A program made the position numbers and the translations under genes. Source: Actinomycetota bacterium (GTDB lineage Bacteria > Actinomycetota > Acidimicrobiia > Spongiisociales > UBA11373). Taken from it: DNA of 64,000 nt. How positions within the stretch are numbered: the stretch's first letter is position 1; every line of letters begins with the position of its first letter. Below the pieces are notes generated by a model that saw only the letters and a program-made list of their open reading frames with translations, ran no database searches and was not told the DNA's origin. The stretch lies in the NCBI GenBank assembly GCA_020444505.1, contig JAHLKU010000003.1, forward strand, positions 21,824 through 85,823, read 5' to 3'. This document shows, piece by piece, positions 17,745-29,524 of this stretch.

Positions 17745-17780
17745 GCCCGTGGCGGGCGCCTCCGGGCGCCCGCCACGGGC
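17745..17780 (+). other. perfect 16-bp-stem intercistronic hairpin between the SBP and ATPase genes
   Basis: GCCCGTGGCGGGCGCC-tccg-GGCGCCCGCCACGGGC immediately after the SBP stop (17734) and before the ATPase RBS. Confidence 0.6.
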
Positions 17781-17814
17781 CCGACCGACACCCGAGGGAG
17801 GAGCCACGACGACC

Positions 17815-19389
17815 ATGCCGGCCGAACACAGCGGTGACGCACCGGTCCTGCAGTTGCGGGAGATGACGAAGCGCTACGGCGAGGTCGTCGCGTGCGACCA
17901 CGTCGACCTCGACCTGCATCGCGGCGAGATCCACGGGATCCTCGGCGAGAACGGGGCGGGCAAGTCCACCCTCATGAAGATGGTCATCGGCCTGGCGCTG
18001 CCGGACGCCGGGACCATCCGCCTCGACGGGGAGGCGGTGCGCTTGCACGACCCCGTCCAGGCCGCCCGGCACGGCATCGGCATGGTCCACCAGCACTACA
18101 GCCTGGTGGGCGCCCTGACCGTGTGGGAGAACGTGGCGCTCGGAGAGAAGGGCGCCCTCGACCCCGGGTCCACCCGCGACCGGGTCGTCGAGATCACCGA
18201 GCGGTACGGCCTCGAGGTCGACCCGGACGCCTACGTCCGCGACCTCACCGCCGGCGTCCGCCAGCGGGTCGAGATCATCAAGTGCCTCCGTCACGAGCCG
18301 CGCATCATCATCCTGGACGAGCCCACCGCGGTGCTCACGCCGGCGGAGTCGGAGCACCTGTTCGAGGTGCTGGGCGAAGGCGTGCGGCGCGAGGGGTGGG
18401 CGGTGGCCCTGGTGAGCCACAAACTGGACGAGGTGCTCGCCGCCACCGATCGCATCACCATCATGCGCAACGGCCTGGTGGTGGACCGGGTGGCCACCGC
18501 GGACGCCGACGCCCACTCGCTCGCCAGGGAGATGGTGGGCCGCGAGGTCACCCTCCGCACCGGGGCGGCGGCGATCGGTTCGGTGGAGGCTCCCGCTGCG
18601 GCCGCCGGGGAGGCGGCAGAGGTGAAGGGCGAGCCGATCCTGGAGGTGCGCGACGCCGCCACCCGCGCCGCCGACGGCAGGGTGCTGCTCGACGGCCTCT
18701 CGCTGGAGGTGCACCCCGGCGAGGTGGTGGGTGTCGCCGGCGTCGAGGGGAACGGCCAGACGCCGCTGGTCAGGGTGCTGGAGAGCCTTCTCCGCCTGGA
18801 GACCGGCAGCGTCCGGGTGGACGGAGAGGAGATCCCCACCTGCAGGGCAGGTGCCATGGGGGCCGCCGGCATCGCCGTCATCCCCGCCGACCGGCACCAC
18901 TCGGGGTGCGTGCCCGACATGACGGTCGCCGAGAACCTGGTGCTCGGGTCGGTGGACCGGTTCGCCGAGTGGGGCCTGCTGAAGCGGGAGGACATCAAGG
19001 CGCACGCCAGGGTGCTGATCGAGGAGTTCGACATCCACTGCCCGTCGTGCGACACGCCGCTCGGCCAGTTGTCGGGCGGGAATCAGCAGCGGGTGGTGCT
19101 GGCCCAGGCCCTGTCGGTGGGCCCCAAAGTGCTGGTGGCCCACCAGCCCACCAGGGGCCTCGACGTCGGGGCCATCGAGTACATCGGGGGGCGCATCACG
19201 GCGGCCGCCGAGTCGGGGATCGGGGTGCTGCTCCTGTCCACCGACCTGGGCGAGATCGCCGCCCTCTCCGACCGCATCGTCGTCATCTACGAGGGCAGGA
19301 TCATCGGGGAGATGAGCCGGGCCGAGTTCGACATGGAGCGCCTCGGCCTGCTGATCGGCGGCTCCACCGCCGGGGAGGACGCCGCATGA
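17815..19389 (+). CDS. ABC transporter ATP-binding protein with duplicated ATPase domains (sugar/nucleoside CUT2-type)
   Basis: Two Walker A (GENGAGKST; GVEGNGQT), two signature (LSGG) and Walker B motifs. GAGGGAGG RBS. Confidence 0.85.
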   Translation: MPAEHSGDAPVLQLREMTKRYGEVVACDHVDLDLHRGEIHGILGENGAGKSTLMKMVIGLALPDAGTIRLDGEAVRLHDPVQAARHGIGMVHQHYSLVGALTVWENVALGEKGALDPGSTRDRVVEITERYGLEVDPDAYVRDLTAGVRQRVEIIKCLRHEPRIIILDEPTAVLTPAESEHLFEVLGEGVRREGWAVALVSHKLDEVLAATDRITIMRNGLVVDRVATADADAHSLAREMVGREVTLRTGAAAIGSVEAPAAAAGEAAEVKGEPILEVRDAATRAADGRVLLDGLSLEVHPGEVVGVAGVEGNGQTPLVRVLESLLRLETGSVRVDGEEIPTCRAGAMGAAGIAVIPADRHHSGCVPDMTVAENLVLGSVDRFAEWGLLKREDIKAHARVLIEEFDIHCPSCDTPLGQLSGGNQQRVVLAQALSVGPKVLVAHQPTRGLDVGAIEYIGGRITAAAESGIGVLLLSTDLGEIAALSDRIVVIYEGRIIGEMSRAEFDMERLGLLIGGSTAGEDAA

Positions 19390-20495
19390 CCGCCCGCACC
19401 GACACGCTCCTCGACCCCAGGGTCCGCAGCGGGCTCGAGATGGCCGGGCTGTACGTGCTCAGCCTCGCCGGCGCCCTGCTGCTGTCCGGTCTGCTGGTGG
19501 CCGCCACCGGCAACTCGGCGTTCAAGGTGTTCGGCGCCCTCCTCGACGGCGCCTTCCTCGCCCCCGGCCGCTGGGGCCAGACCCTGGTCGTGGCCGCCCC
19601 GATGCTGCTGGTGGCGCTCGGCATGGTGGTCGGCGTCAAGGCCGGCTTCTTCAACATCGGCCAGGAGGGACAGCTGCTCATCGGCGCCATGGCCATGGCA
19701 TGGGTGGGCACCCGGTGGCCCGGCCCCGGCCCGCTGCTGCTGTTCGTGGGGCTGGCACTGTCGATGGCATTCGGGGGCGGCTGGGCCGGCCTCGCCGCGC
19801 TGATGCGATTCCGGCGGGGGGTCCCGGAGGTGATCTCGACGCTGCTGCTGGTGTTCGTCGCCGCGCAGTTCAGCGGGTACGCCATCACCGCCGACTGGCT
19901 GTTGCGGGACCTGGACACCACCGGCCCGACCCGGTCGGTGAGCAGCGCCCCGCTGGACGAGGCCATCCGGCTGCCGGTGCTCCGCATCTTCGGCAACGAG
20001 TTCAACTGGGGCATCGTCATCGCCCTGGCGCTGGCGGTGCTGCTCGCCGTGGCGCTGGTGCGGTCGGTATGGGGGTTCCGGCTCCGCATGCTGGGCCACA
20101 ACCCGGCCGTCGCCCAGAAGGCAGGCGTCGCCTCCACCCGCATGGGCAGCCTCGCCCTGTTCCTGTCCGGCGGGCTCGCCGGGCTGGCCGGGGCGGTGAT
20201 GCTGGCCGGCGGCTCGTCGGGCTTCCGGGTCACGTCGGGGTTCTCGCAGAACTTCGGGTGGCAGGGCCTGCTGGTGGCCCTGCTGGCCCGCAGCAGCCCG
20301 ATCCTGGCCATCCCGATGGCCATCGTGTTCGCCGCGCTCCGCACCGGGAGCGGCTTCCTGGCCGCCACCGGGGTGGACCGCAAGATCGTCGACGTGGTGC
20401 AGGCGTTGCTGGTGTTGGCGCTGCTGATCCCACCGGCGGTCCAGTTCATCCGCGATCGCCGCAAGGCGCTGGCGATGGCCGGAGAGGAGGCATAG
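19386..20495 (+). CDS. ABC transporter permease (CUT2/BMP-system type)
   Basis: Polytopic membrane protein. The start overlaps the ATPase stop (ATGA). Confidence 0.8.
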   Translation: MTARTDTLLDPRVRSGLEMAGLYVLSLAGALLLSGLLVAATGNSAFKVFGALLDGAFLAPGRWGQTLVVAAPMLLVALGMVVGVKAGFFNIGQEGQLLIGAMAMAWVGTRWPGPGPLLLFVGLALSMAFGGGWAGLAALMRFRRGVPEVISTLLLVFVAAQFSGYAITADWLLRDLDTTGPTRSVSSAPLDEAIRLPVLRIFGNEFNWGIVIALALAVLLAVALVRSVWGFRLRMLGHNPAVAQKAGVASTRMGSLALFLSGGLAGLAGAVMLAGGSSGFRVTSGFSQNFGWQGLLVALLARSSPILAIPMAIVFAALRTGSGFLAATGVDRKIVDVVQALLVLALLIPPAVQFIRDRRKALAMAGEEA

Positions 20496-20496
20496 C

Positions 20497-21492
20497 GTGG
20501 GCGGGTTCTTCGAATCGCTGGGCGACCTCTTCCGGGCCCTGTTCGAGGTGTTCACCTCGGCGACCATGTACGGCAGCGCGGTGCGTCTCGGCGCCCTGCT
20601 GGCGTTCGCCGCGATCGGTGAGATGGTTGCCGAGAAGGCAGGCACCATCAACATCTCGGTGGAGGGCTCGCTGCTCGCCGGCGCCTTCACCGGCACGCTG
20701 GCCTACCACCAGACCGGCTCCACCGCCCTCGGCCTGCTGGCCGGGGTGGCCGGCGGGCTGATCATCTCCTGGATCCAGGCCAACATGAGCCATCGCCTCA
20801 CCGCCGACCAGTTCGTGGTGGGGCTCACCGCCAATGTGCTGGTGCTGGGCGTGGCCGGCTTCCTCAACGGCGTCATCGACCCGAAGGCGGCGAGCGCCGG
20901 GATCCTCGAGATCCCGCTGCTGTCGGACATCCCGTTGATCGGCCCCGCCCTGTTCGGGCAGCGCTGGCCGCTGTACCTGCTGTACCCGATCATCCCGCTG
21001 ACCTGGTGGCTGCTGTACCGCACCCGCTGGGGCCTGGAGGTGCGGGCGGTGGGGGAGAACCCGCAGGCCGCCGACGTGTCCGGCATCGACGTCAACAAGC
21101 GGCGGCGCCAGTCGATCTACTACGGCGGCATCCTCGCCGGCCTCGGCGGCGCGTTCATCGTGCTGGGCCCGATCGGGTCGTTCGAGACCGGCATCATCGG
21201 CGGGCGGGGCTTCATCGCCATCGCCGCCGTCTACTTCGGCGGATGGCGCCTCGGCGGCGTGGTGCTGGGGTCGTTCCTGTTCGGCCTGGCCGACGGGTTC
21301 CGCCTGGCGCTGCCGTCGGTGATCGCCAACGTGGACCCGCCGCTGGAGGGGGCGATGATCGACGGCCTCTCCAACGCCTCGTTCCTGGCGGCGCTGCCGT
21401 ACGTGCTGACCCTGCTGGTGATGTACCTGATCACCAAGGAGTTCCGCCAACCGGCGGCTCTGTCCCAGCCGTTCATCCGCGGGCTGCGGTAG
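20497..21492 (+). CDS. ABC transporter permease (second permease of the BMP system)
   Basis: Polytopic membrane protein with a GTG start 1 nt after the previous stop. Confidence 0.8.
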   Translation: MGGFFESLGDLFRALFEVFTSATMYGSAVRLGALLAFAAIGEMVAEKAGTINISVEGSLLAGAFTGTLAYHQTGSTALGLLAGVAGGLIISWIQANMSHRLTADQFVVGLTANVLVLGVAGFLNGVIDPKAASAGILEIPLLSDIPLIGPALFGQRWPLYLLYPIIPLTWWLLYRTRWGLEVRAVGENPQAADVSGIDVNKRRRQSIYYGGILAGLGGAFIVLGPIGSFETGIIGGRGFIAIAAVYFGGWRLGGVVLGSFLFGLADGFRLALPSVIANVDPPLEGAMIDGLSNASFLAALPYVLTLLVMYLITKEFRQPAALSQPFIRGLR

Positions 21493-21574
21493 GAATCCAC
21501 CGGGAGTCGGGGTGGTGCCCCTCCCCCGGGGGACGGTGCACCGGACGTGCGGGCCCGCCCCGGAGGGCGCGCCC

Positions 21575-22348
21575 TCACCCTTCCAGGGCCAGCAGGGCCG
21601 CCCCGTGGGCGCCGGTCAACTGGGGATGCTCGGGGACGATCACCTCGGTGTCGAGCGCCTCGCCGATCATCGCCCGGACCCCGGCGTTGCGGGCCACGCC
21701 GCCCGACATCATCAGCGGCGGTTCCCAGCCGACGGTGCGGACCATGGCGACCAGGCGCACCGTCAGCGAGCGGTGGAGGCCCTTGAGGATGGCGTCCACC
21801 TCGGCGCCGCGGGCGAGCAGCGAGATGATCTCCGACTCGGCGAAGACGGTGCAGGTGGAGGTGATCTGCTCCTCGCTGCCGGGGGCAGCCACCCGGCCGC
21901 CGAGGTCGGCGACGTCCAGGCCGAGGCGGCCGGCGGTGTACTCCAGGAACCGGCCGGTGCCGGCGGCGCACTTGTCGTTCATCACGAAGTCCGCCGGCCG
22001 GCCGTCGGGGCCGATGCGGATGACCTTGCTGTCCTGGCCGCCGATGTCCACCAGGGTCCCGGCCCGGCCCAGGTCGTCGAACACGCCCCTGGCGTGGCAC
22101 GTGATCTCGGTGACCCGCCGGTCGGCGCACTCCACCAGGCGGCGGCCGTAGCCGGTGGCGACGCAGCGGGCGCCGGGGGCCACGTCGTGGGCGGAGCGCA
22201 GGCCGTCGAGCATCGCCGCCGTCTGGTCGGCGATGCGGGGGAGGGCCTGCTCCAGGGCGGTGGCGACGACGGCGCCGGAGGGGTCCACCGCCACCGCCTT
22301 GCAGGTGGTGGACCCGGCGTCGATGCCGATGCCGGCGATGGCGGTCAC
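21575..22348 (-). CDS. 2-hydroxyacyl-CoA dehydratase activator ATPase (BadF/BadG/BcrA/BcrD/HgdC family)
   Basis: N-terminus [22 protein letters not shown] (ASKHA-fold phosphate-1 motif), then ...[14 protein letters not shown] ... [11 protein letters not shown] start overlapping the upstream stop (GTGA). The long N-terminal extension in track ORF 21575..23596 is spurious. Confidence 0.8.
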   Translation of the reverse strand: MTAIAGIGIDAGSTTCKAVAVDPSGAVVATALEQALPRIADQTAAMLDGLRSAHDVAPGARCVATGYGRRLVECADRRVTEITCHARGVFDDLGRAGTLVDIGGQDSKVIRIGPDGRPADFVMNDKCAAGTGRFLEYTAGRLGLDVADLGGRVAAPGSEEQITSTCTVFAESEIISLLARGAEVDAILKGLHRSLTVRLVAMVRTVGWEPPLMMSGGVARNAGVRAMIGEALDTEVIVPEHPQLTGAHGAALLALEG

Positions 22349-23655
22349 GACATCATCTCCACGAACGCCTCCAGGCGGGTGGTGGCCTGCTCCTCGGCGT
22401 AGGAGCGAGGGTCGTTGTGGTCGGCCTCCAGCAGCAGCGCAGGCACCCCCACGTCGGCGACCAGCCGGTCGCGCTGGTCGATCTGGCCCAGCGAGTACGG
22501 CTTGCACGACCGGTCGCTGTGCAGGATCACCCCGTCGATGGAGAACTCCTCCACCATGCGGCGCATCGCCGCCAGTTTGTGGCCGGTGGAGCGGTTGAGG
22601 ATCGGGTGCAGGTACACCCGGGCCATCGCCTCGAACGGCTCGGCCGGGTCCATCATCTCGGCCAGTTCGCCCCAGGCATGGGTGTAGGTGCTGGCCACCA
22701 CGTTCACGCCCCGCTCCGCCAGCCAGCGCGACAGCGGGCCGATGCGGTACCAGATGGGGAGGTTGTCCCACAGCACCCGGAGCCGCTCGTCCTTCACCGC
22801 CCCGACGCCCCGTGCGATGCGCTCGTCCAGTTCGGCCAGCAGCGACTCGTAGAAGGCCACGGTGGCCTGGTCGCCGCGCAGGTCGACGATCGGGCCCAGG
22901 TTCACGAACGAGTCGAAGGCGGTCAGCGGCGACGGGCGGTGGCGGGCCCGCTCCAGGATCTCCAGCCACAGGTCGCTGGCCTGCTTCGCCCTCGCCACCA
23001 CCGCCGTGAACCCGTCGAGCGAGAACTCCCGGCCGGCCGCCGCCTCGGCGGCCGGCACCATGTCCTCCAGCTGCCGCCGCACGAAGTCCACCTGGTGCGG
23101 CTCGGCGGCGTCGCCGTACAGGAACGGGGTGTCCACCAGCACCAGGGGGCAGCCGAAGTGGTCGGCGAGCACCCGGTACCAGTAGAGGACCGTCTGACAG
23201 ATGTTCGTGCAGCACAGCAGCAGGTCGGGCGGTGGGAGGCTTCCCACCGGCGTGTCGCCCGACAGCAGCGAGCCGAGGTCGGTGCGGGCGTACGAGCAGA
23301 GGTCGCGGGAGTACCCGGCGTCCTCGGCGGCCGACGACAGCGCCTCGGCCCGGCGGCGGGCCCCGCACAGCGCGGCGTGGTTCTCGGGGTAGACCAGGTG
23401 GTACCCGAGCGCCTTCAGGATCTCGGTGGGCGCCCCGCTCGTCACCCATGCCACCGGCCTGCTGCCCGACACCGAGCGGCCCGCCAGGTAGTGGCGGCTC
23501 ATCATCTCCCGCATGCGGATGGTGCTGCGCAACGGCGGGTTGAGGGGGCTGCCGGGGTCGGGCGCCCGCCGGTCGTAGCGGCGCTCGGCCCGCCACCGCT
23601 GCACCCGCAGGGCCGCCGACCCGGCGCCGAGGCGGAGGCGGTGGCCCATCGTCAT
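22345..23655 (-). CDS. 2-hydroxyacyl-CoA dehydratase family protein, subunit (HgdA/BcrB-like D-component)
   Basis: 436 aa with conserved Cys residues (e.g. ...[11 protein letters not shown]...) typical of the HgdAB/BcrBC [4Fe-4S] dehydratase family. Confidence 0.7.
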   Translation of the reverse strand: MTMGHRLRLGAGSAALRVQRWRAERRYDRRAPDPGSPLNPPLRSTIRMREMMSRHYLAGRSVSGSRPVAWVTSGAPTEILKALGYHLVYPENHAALCGARRRAEALSSAAEDAGYSRDLCSYARTDLGSLLSGDTPVGSLPPPDLLLCCTNICQTVLYWYRVLADHFGCPLVLVDTPFLYGDAAEPHQVDFVRRQLEDMVPAAEAAAGREFSLDGFTAVVARAKQASDLWLEILERARHRPSPLTAFDSFVNLGPIVDLRGDQATVAFYESLLAELDERIARGVGAVKDERLRVLWDNLPIWYRIGPLSRWLAERGVNVVASTYTHAWGELAEMMDPAEPFEAMARVYLHPILNRSTGHKLAAMRRMVEEFSIDGVILHSDRSCKPYSLGQIDQRDRLVADVGVPALLLEADHNDPRSYAEEQATTRLEAFVEMMS

Positions 23656-24728
23656 GCCAGCGTCTCCACGAACGCCTCGATGCGGGTGATCACCCGGTGC
23701 CCCAGCTCGCCGCCCAGCTCCACCTCGACGTGGGCCACGGGGTAGCCGGCGTCGCCCAGGTGGCGGCGCAGCAGCGGCACGTCGAACAGCTCCGGCTCGC
23801 AGAACGCCACGTCGTAGATCAGCATCCCCTTCGCCCCGGCGGCCGCCATCCGCCCGGCCAGCGCCGCGGCGCGCGCGGCGATCGGCGTGCCCCGGGTGGG
23901 GTCGGGCGGGGAGCCGAGCAGGCGGTCGGCCAGGCGCTCGATCGGGTCGGCGGCGTCCGACGGCGGGTAGAGGCGCCGCGCCCCGGCGGCCAGGTCGTCG
24001 GCCACCACCCGGGCCCCCGCCTCGGCCAGGTGGTCGAACAGGCTCATCGGCTCCGGCACGATGCCCGACAGCAACAGCCCGATCCCGCTCGGCGCCGTGC
24101 CGCGGGGCACGGCGGCCGCCGCCTCCACGAACTCCTCGGCGGCCAGGTACTCGCGGCTGCGGACCACCTCGTAGAACTCACGGTCGCCCACCGCCAGTGC
24201 CTCCCGGTCCCGGTAGAGGGCCGCCAGCGTCTCGTCGGCCGCCTCCTCGGCGGCGAGCGCATCCGCCCAGCCGGCATCGGTGGGCCGCCCCCCGGCGATC
24301 CCAGCCAGGCGGTCCGACAGCCGGCGCAACTCGGCGACCAGGTACTCGCGGTCGGTGGGCCGGCCCGCCCGGGGCAGGTACAGGGTCAGGACGTGCTGGG
24401 AGGGCTGCAGGAAGTCGCCGGCCACCGACCCCATGCCCTGCAGCGCGTCGCAGGTGTGGGGGACCAGCAGCACGCCGGCCCGCTCCAGGCCGCCCCGCAG
24501 CAGGAACGACGTCGCCCGCACCACGATGTCGCAGGTGTACGCCTGGAAGTGGCGGCCGCCCTCGTCCCGGGGCACGCCCGGCGGCCCCCACACCTCCACC
24601 GGGTGGAAGCCGTGTGCCCGCAGCAGGGCCCTCGGGTAGTGGTAGGGGAGCACGGCGGCGATCCGCTGCCCGCGCGCCTCGGCCCGGGCGATCGCCTCGC
24701 TGCGGCTGGGCCTGTGGGTGACGGTCAC
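23652..24728 (-). CDS. 2-hydroxyacyl-CoA dehydratase family protein, second subunit (HgdB-like)
   Basis: 358 aa, same family. The stop overlaps the start of the downstream subunit (ATGA). Together with 21575..22348 it forms a three-gene operon. Confidence 0.65.
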   Translation of the reverse strand: MTVTHRPSRSEAIARAEARGQRIAAVLPYHYPRALLRAHGFHPVEVWGPPGVPRDEGGRHFQAYTCDIVVRATSFLLRGGLERAGVLLVPHTCDALQGMGSVAGDFLQPSQHVLTLYLPRAGRPTDREYLVAELRRLSDRLAGIAGGRPTDAGWADALAAEEAADETLAALYRDREALAVGDREFYEVVRSREYLAAEEFVEAAAAVPRGTAPSGIGLLLSGIVPEPMSLFDHLAEAGARVVADDLAAGARRLYPPSDAADPIERLADRLLGSPPDPTRGTPIAARAAALAGRMAAAGAKGMLIYDVAFCEPELFDVPLLRRHLGDAGYPVAHVEVELGGELGHRVITRIEAFVETLA

Positions 24729-24847
24729 GGCCTCCCCTCGGTCGGCGCCATTCTGGCGCAGCGGGCGGCGCGGTGTGGGAGCGGGCGCATACGCGGGCGG
24801 CCTGCGGGGCGGGTAGGGTGCGGCCGAAACGACCAGGAGGGACGGCG

Positions 24848-25788
<941 letters not shown>

Positions 25789-25789
<1 letters not shown>

Positions 25790-26979
25790 TGCGCGCCGCC
25801 GTCCTGATCGCGCTCAAGGACCTGCGCCAGCGGGTGCGGGACAAGAGCTTCTTCCTGTGGGGGATCGTCGCCCCGGTCGGCCTGGCCGCCATCTTCAGCC
25901 TGCTGCTCGGCAGCGTGGCCGACGGCGACTCGATCAGCACCACCTTCGGGGCGGTGGACCTCGACGGCGGCGAGCAGGGCCGGGTGTTCGTCGAGGAGGT
26001 GCTGGGCGCCGTCGAGGACGCCGGGGTGGTGGACGGCATCGAGGTGTACGGCTCGCGGGACGCGGCCGAAGCGGAGGTGAGCACGGGCGCCCTGGATGCC
26101 GCGTTCGTGATCCCGGAGGGCTTCACCGCCGCCGTCGCCTCCGGCGGCGAGACCGCCATCGAGGTGATCGGCTACATCGACAGCCCCATCGGCACCGAGG
26201 TGGCCCGGTCGATCGCCACCCGGTACGTGGGCGAGGTCAACGGGGTCGGCGCCGCCATCGGCACGGTCGCCGCCCTCGAAGGGGCGATGCCGTCCCAGGC
26301 GGATCTCGACGAGATGGTGTCGGGGATCCTGCAGATCTCCTCGCCGCTGCGGGTGGGCACGATCGAGGCGGCCGACAAGGAACTCGAGTCGTCCACCTTC
26401 TACTCGGCGGCCATGGCGGTGATGTTCCTGTTCCTGATCGTGCAGTTCGGCGTGCTCGGCCTGCTGGAGGAGCGCGAGAACGGCACGCTCAACCGCCTCC
26501 TGGCCGCCCCGATGCGGCGGTTCTCGGTGGTGCTGGGCAAGGCGCTCACCTCGTTCACCATCGGCGTGCTGTCGATGACGGCGGTCATCGTCATCACCAC
26601 CTTCGCCCTCGGCGCCGACTGGGGCGACCCGATCGGCGTGGCGGTGCTGGTGCTGGCCGGGGTCATCGCCGCCCTCGGCCTGATGATGATGGTGGCGGCG
26701 TTCGCCAGGACGGCGGAGCAGGCGGCGAACCTGCAGGCGATCTTCGGGTTCCTGCTGGCCATGCTGGGCGGCGCGTTCTTCCCCGTGGCCGCGGCCGGCG
26801 GGCTCGTCGAGACGCTGAGCAAGATCACCCCGCACGCATGGTTCCTGCGGGGCCTCGGCGACCTCGCCGGCGGTGCCGGGCTCTCGGGCATCGTCGGGGC
26901 GCTGTGGCCGATCCTGCTGTTCGCCGCCGTCACCGGCGGTCTGGCGGCGATCCGCCTGCGGAAGGTGGTGGCGCCGTGA
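25789..26979 (+). CDS. ABC-2 type transporter permease
   Basis: N-terminal TM, large extracytoplasmic loop, C-terminal six-TM ABC-2 fold. ATGA overlap with the ATPase gene. Confidence 0.8.
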
Positions 26980-28151
26980 CCAAGGTGCTCGCCATCGGGG
27001 TGGTCAACACGAAGCGGTTCCTGCGGGAGAAGGCCAACCTGTTCTTCGTGTTCGTGTTCCCGATCCTGATCGTGCTGATGATCGGGGCCTTCTTCGGCGG
27101 CGGGCTCAGCTCCACGGTGGGCGTGTACGCCCCCGGCGACGGGGAGCTGTCGAAGGCGCTGGTGCAGGGCATCGACGACCTCGAAGAGGTGAAGGTGCGC
27201 GAGTACGGCAGCGAGGCGGCCCTGATCGACGGGGTGCAGCGCGGCGGGGTGCAGGGCGGCCTGGTGGTGCCCGCCGACTACGACGAGCGCCTCGCCGCAG
27301 GCGAGACGGTCGAGGTCGGGTACGTGGCCAGGCCGGACCAGACCGGCATCCTGCTGGGCGAGACCGTGAACGGCGTGGTGCAGCGGCAGGCCAACCTGGT
27401 GCGCGCCGCGCGGTTCGCCGCCGCCCGCGCCGGCGTCCCCTACGAGGACGCCCTGCCGGTGGCGATGGTGGTGGCGCCCGGCACCGAGCGGGTGACGGTG
27501 ACCACCACCGAAGCCGGCGCCGAGGACTCGCTGACCGCCGAGTTCGAGGGGCTGGGCGCCTTCGACCTCGGCGCGCACCAGGAGCTGATCCTGTTCATGT
27601 TCCTCACCTCGCTGGCGGGCTCGGCGGCCCTCATCCAGACCCGGCAACTGGGCGTGGCGCGCCGGATGCTGTCCACCCCCACCGGCACCGGCACGATCCT
27701 GGCGGGGGAGACGCTCGGCCGCTTCAACGTCGCGCTGGTGCAGGGCCTCTACATCGTCGGTGGCACGGTGCTGCTGTTCCGGGTGGACTGGGGCGACCCG
27801 CTGGGTGCCCTGGCCGTGGTGGTGGCGTTCTCGCTGGTCGGGGCGGCCGCCGGCATCCTGATGGGGGCGGTGTTCAGCAACGACTCGCAGGCGGGCGGCC
27901 TGGGCGTCCTCATCGGCCTCGGCCTGGCGGCGCTCGGGGGGTGCATGGTCCCGATCGAGATCTTCCCCGCCGGCATGCAGGCGGTGGCGAGGGCGACCCC
28001 GCACGCCTGGGCGGTGGACGCCTTCTCCGAGATGGTGCGGCGTGACGGGGGCCTCGTCGACATCCTGCCCAACCTGGGCGTGCTGCTGGCCTTCGCCGCC
28101 GTGCTGATGCTGCTCGGGACCTGGCGCCTGCGGCGGGTGCTGACCCGGTAG
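26976..28151 (+). CDS. ABC-2 type transporter permease (second)
   Basis: Same architecture as the preceding permease. GTG start overlapping the previous stop. Confidence 0.75.
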   Translation: MTKVLAIGVVNTKRFLREKANLFFVFVFPILIVLMIGAFFGGGLSSTVGVYAPGDGELSKALVQGIDDLEEVKVREYGSEAALIDGVQRGGVQGGLVVPADYDERLAAGETVEVGYVARPDQTGILLGETVNGVVQRQANLVRAARFAAARAGVPYEDALPVAMVVAPGTERVTVTTTEAGAEDSLTAEFEGLGAFDLGAHQELILFMFLTSLAGSAALIQTRQLGVARRMLSTPTGTGTILAGETLGRFNVALVQGLYIVGGTVLLFRVDWGDPLGALAVVVAFSLVGAAAGILMGAVFSNDSQAGGLGVLIGLGLAALGGCMVPIEIFPAGMQAVARATPHAWAVDAFSEMVRRDGGLVDILPNLGVLLAFAAVLMLLGTWRLRRVLTR

Positions 28152-28251
28152 CGCCGGATCGGCGGCCGGGCGGCCCGCCCCTGGTACCGTGACGGCGGCT
28201 CCCGGCCCCCCGTATCACCTCGCGGGCCCGGTGCCGCCCCTCACAGGATGG

Positions 28252-29487
28252 ATGACGATGACCAGCAACGACCGGCCGACCTTCGGTGACCTCGGCGTGG
28301 CGGACGACCTCGTCGAGGCCCTCGCCGGGACGGGCATCACCGAGCCCTTCCCGATCCAGGCGCTGACGATCCCCGACGCCATGGCCGGCCGCGATGTCTG
28401 CGGCCAGGCGCAGACCGGGTCGGGGAAGACCCTCGCCTTCGGCCTGCCCCTGGTGGAGCGGGCCCGTCCGGCGGCGCCGTCGGCGCCGACGGCGCTGGTG
28501 CTGGTGCCGACCCGTGAGCTGTGCCTGCAGGTGGCCGCCGAGGTGGGCCGCCTCGCCGGGGCGCGCGGCCTGGGCCTCGCCGCCGTGTACGGCGGCGCCC
28601 CCATGTCGGGCCAGATCAAGAAGGTGCGCGACGCCGCGGTGGTGGTGGCCACGCCCGGCCGCCTCATCGACATGGCCGACCGCCGCCACCTCTCGCTCGC
28701 CGACGTCGGCATCGTCGTGGTGGACGAGGCCGACCAGATGGCCGACATGGGCTTCCTGCCGCAGGTGCACGCCGTGATGCGCCTGGTCGGCGGCGGCCAC
28801 CAGACGATGCTGTTCTCGGCCACGCTCGACGGCGCGGTGGGGGCGCTGATCCGTTCCTACATGGACGACCCGGTCCGCTACGAGGCGCCCGACAGCGAGG
28901 AGGTGGTGGACACGCAGGAGCACCGCTTCCTGCAGGTGCACTACATGGACAAGCCGAGGGTGGTGGCCGCCATCGCCGAGCACGTGGACCGCGTGCTGGT
29001 GTTCGTCGGCACCAAGCGCAACGCCGACCGGGTGTCCTCAGATCTCCGCGCCGAGGGGGTGGACGCCACCGCCATCCACGGCGATCGGCGCCAGAGCGAC
29101 CGCGAGAAGGCCCTGAGCCGGTTCTCGAAGGGAGACCTGAAGGTGCTCGTCGCCACGAACGTCGCCGCCAGGGGCCTGCACATCGACGACGTGGACGTGG
29201 TGATCCACTACGACCCACCGCAGGACTACAAGAGCTTCATCCACCGCTCCGGGCGCACCGCCCGGGCCGGCGAGGAGGGCCTGGTGGTCACGCTGGTGGA
29301 GTGGGACCAGATCCAGGAGGTGGAGCGCCTGCAGCGCGCCTCCGGCCTCCACCAGGAGATCGTCAAGATGTACAGCAACGACCCCCGCCTCGCCGATCTG
29401 GTGGCCTTCGAACCTCCCCGCCGTGAGTTCAAGCGGGCCAGCGACGCCGACCTGTCTCGCAGGGCCGGCCGCCGCCGGAGGCGCTGA
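28252..29487 (+). CDS. DEAD-box ATP-dependent RNA helicase
   Basis: Q-motif, AQTGSGKT (motif I), VVDEAD (motif II), SAT and HRSGRTAR motifs, and an Arg-rich C-tail. The start could be 28252 or 28258. Confidence 0.9.
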   Translation: MTMTSNDRPTFGDLGVADDLVEALAGTGITEPFPIQALTIPDAMAGRDVCGQAQTGSGKTLAFGLPLVERARPAAPSAPTALVLVPTRELCLQVAAEVGRLAGARGLGLAAVYGGAPMSGQIKKVRDAAVVVATPGRLIDMADRRHLSLADVGIVVVDEADQMADMGFLPQVHAVMRLVGGGHQTMLFSATLDGAVGALIRSYMDDPVRYEAPDSEEVVDTQEHRFLQVHYMDKPRVVAAIAEHVDRVLVFVGTKRNADRVSSDLRAEGVDATAIHGDRRQSDREKALSRFSKGDLKVLVATNVAARGLHIDDVDVVIHYDPPQDYKSFIHRSGRTARAGEEGLVVTLVEWDQIQEVERLQRASGLHQEIVKMYSNDPRLADLVAFEPPRREFKRASDADLSRRAGRRRRR

Positions 29488-29524
29488 CGCCACGCGGCGG
29501 CGTCCGAGCCGCGAGAATCCCGCC

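Noticed and set aside
21520-21545. CCCCCGGGGG palindrome between the convergent ABC permease and activator genes as a possible terminator
   Set aside because: Only a 10-bp self-complementary run without a clear loop or flanking stem. It may be a weak bidirectional terminator, but the evidence is insufficient to call it a feature.
21512-22402. Plus-strand ORFs overlapping the dehydratase activator gene
   Set aside because: Antisense to the HgdC-like ATPase, which has a clear ASKHA signature. No RBS or domain evidence.
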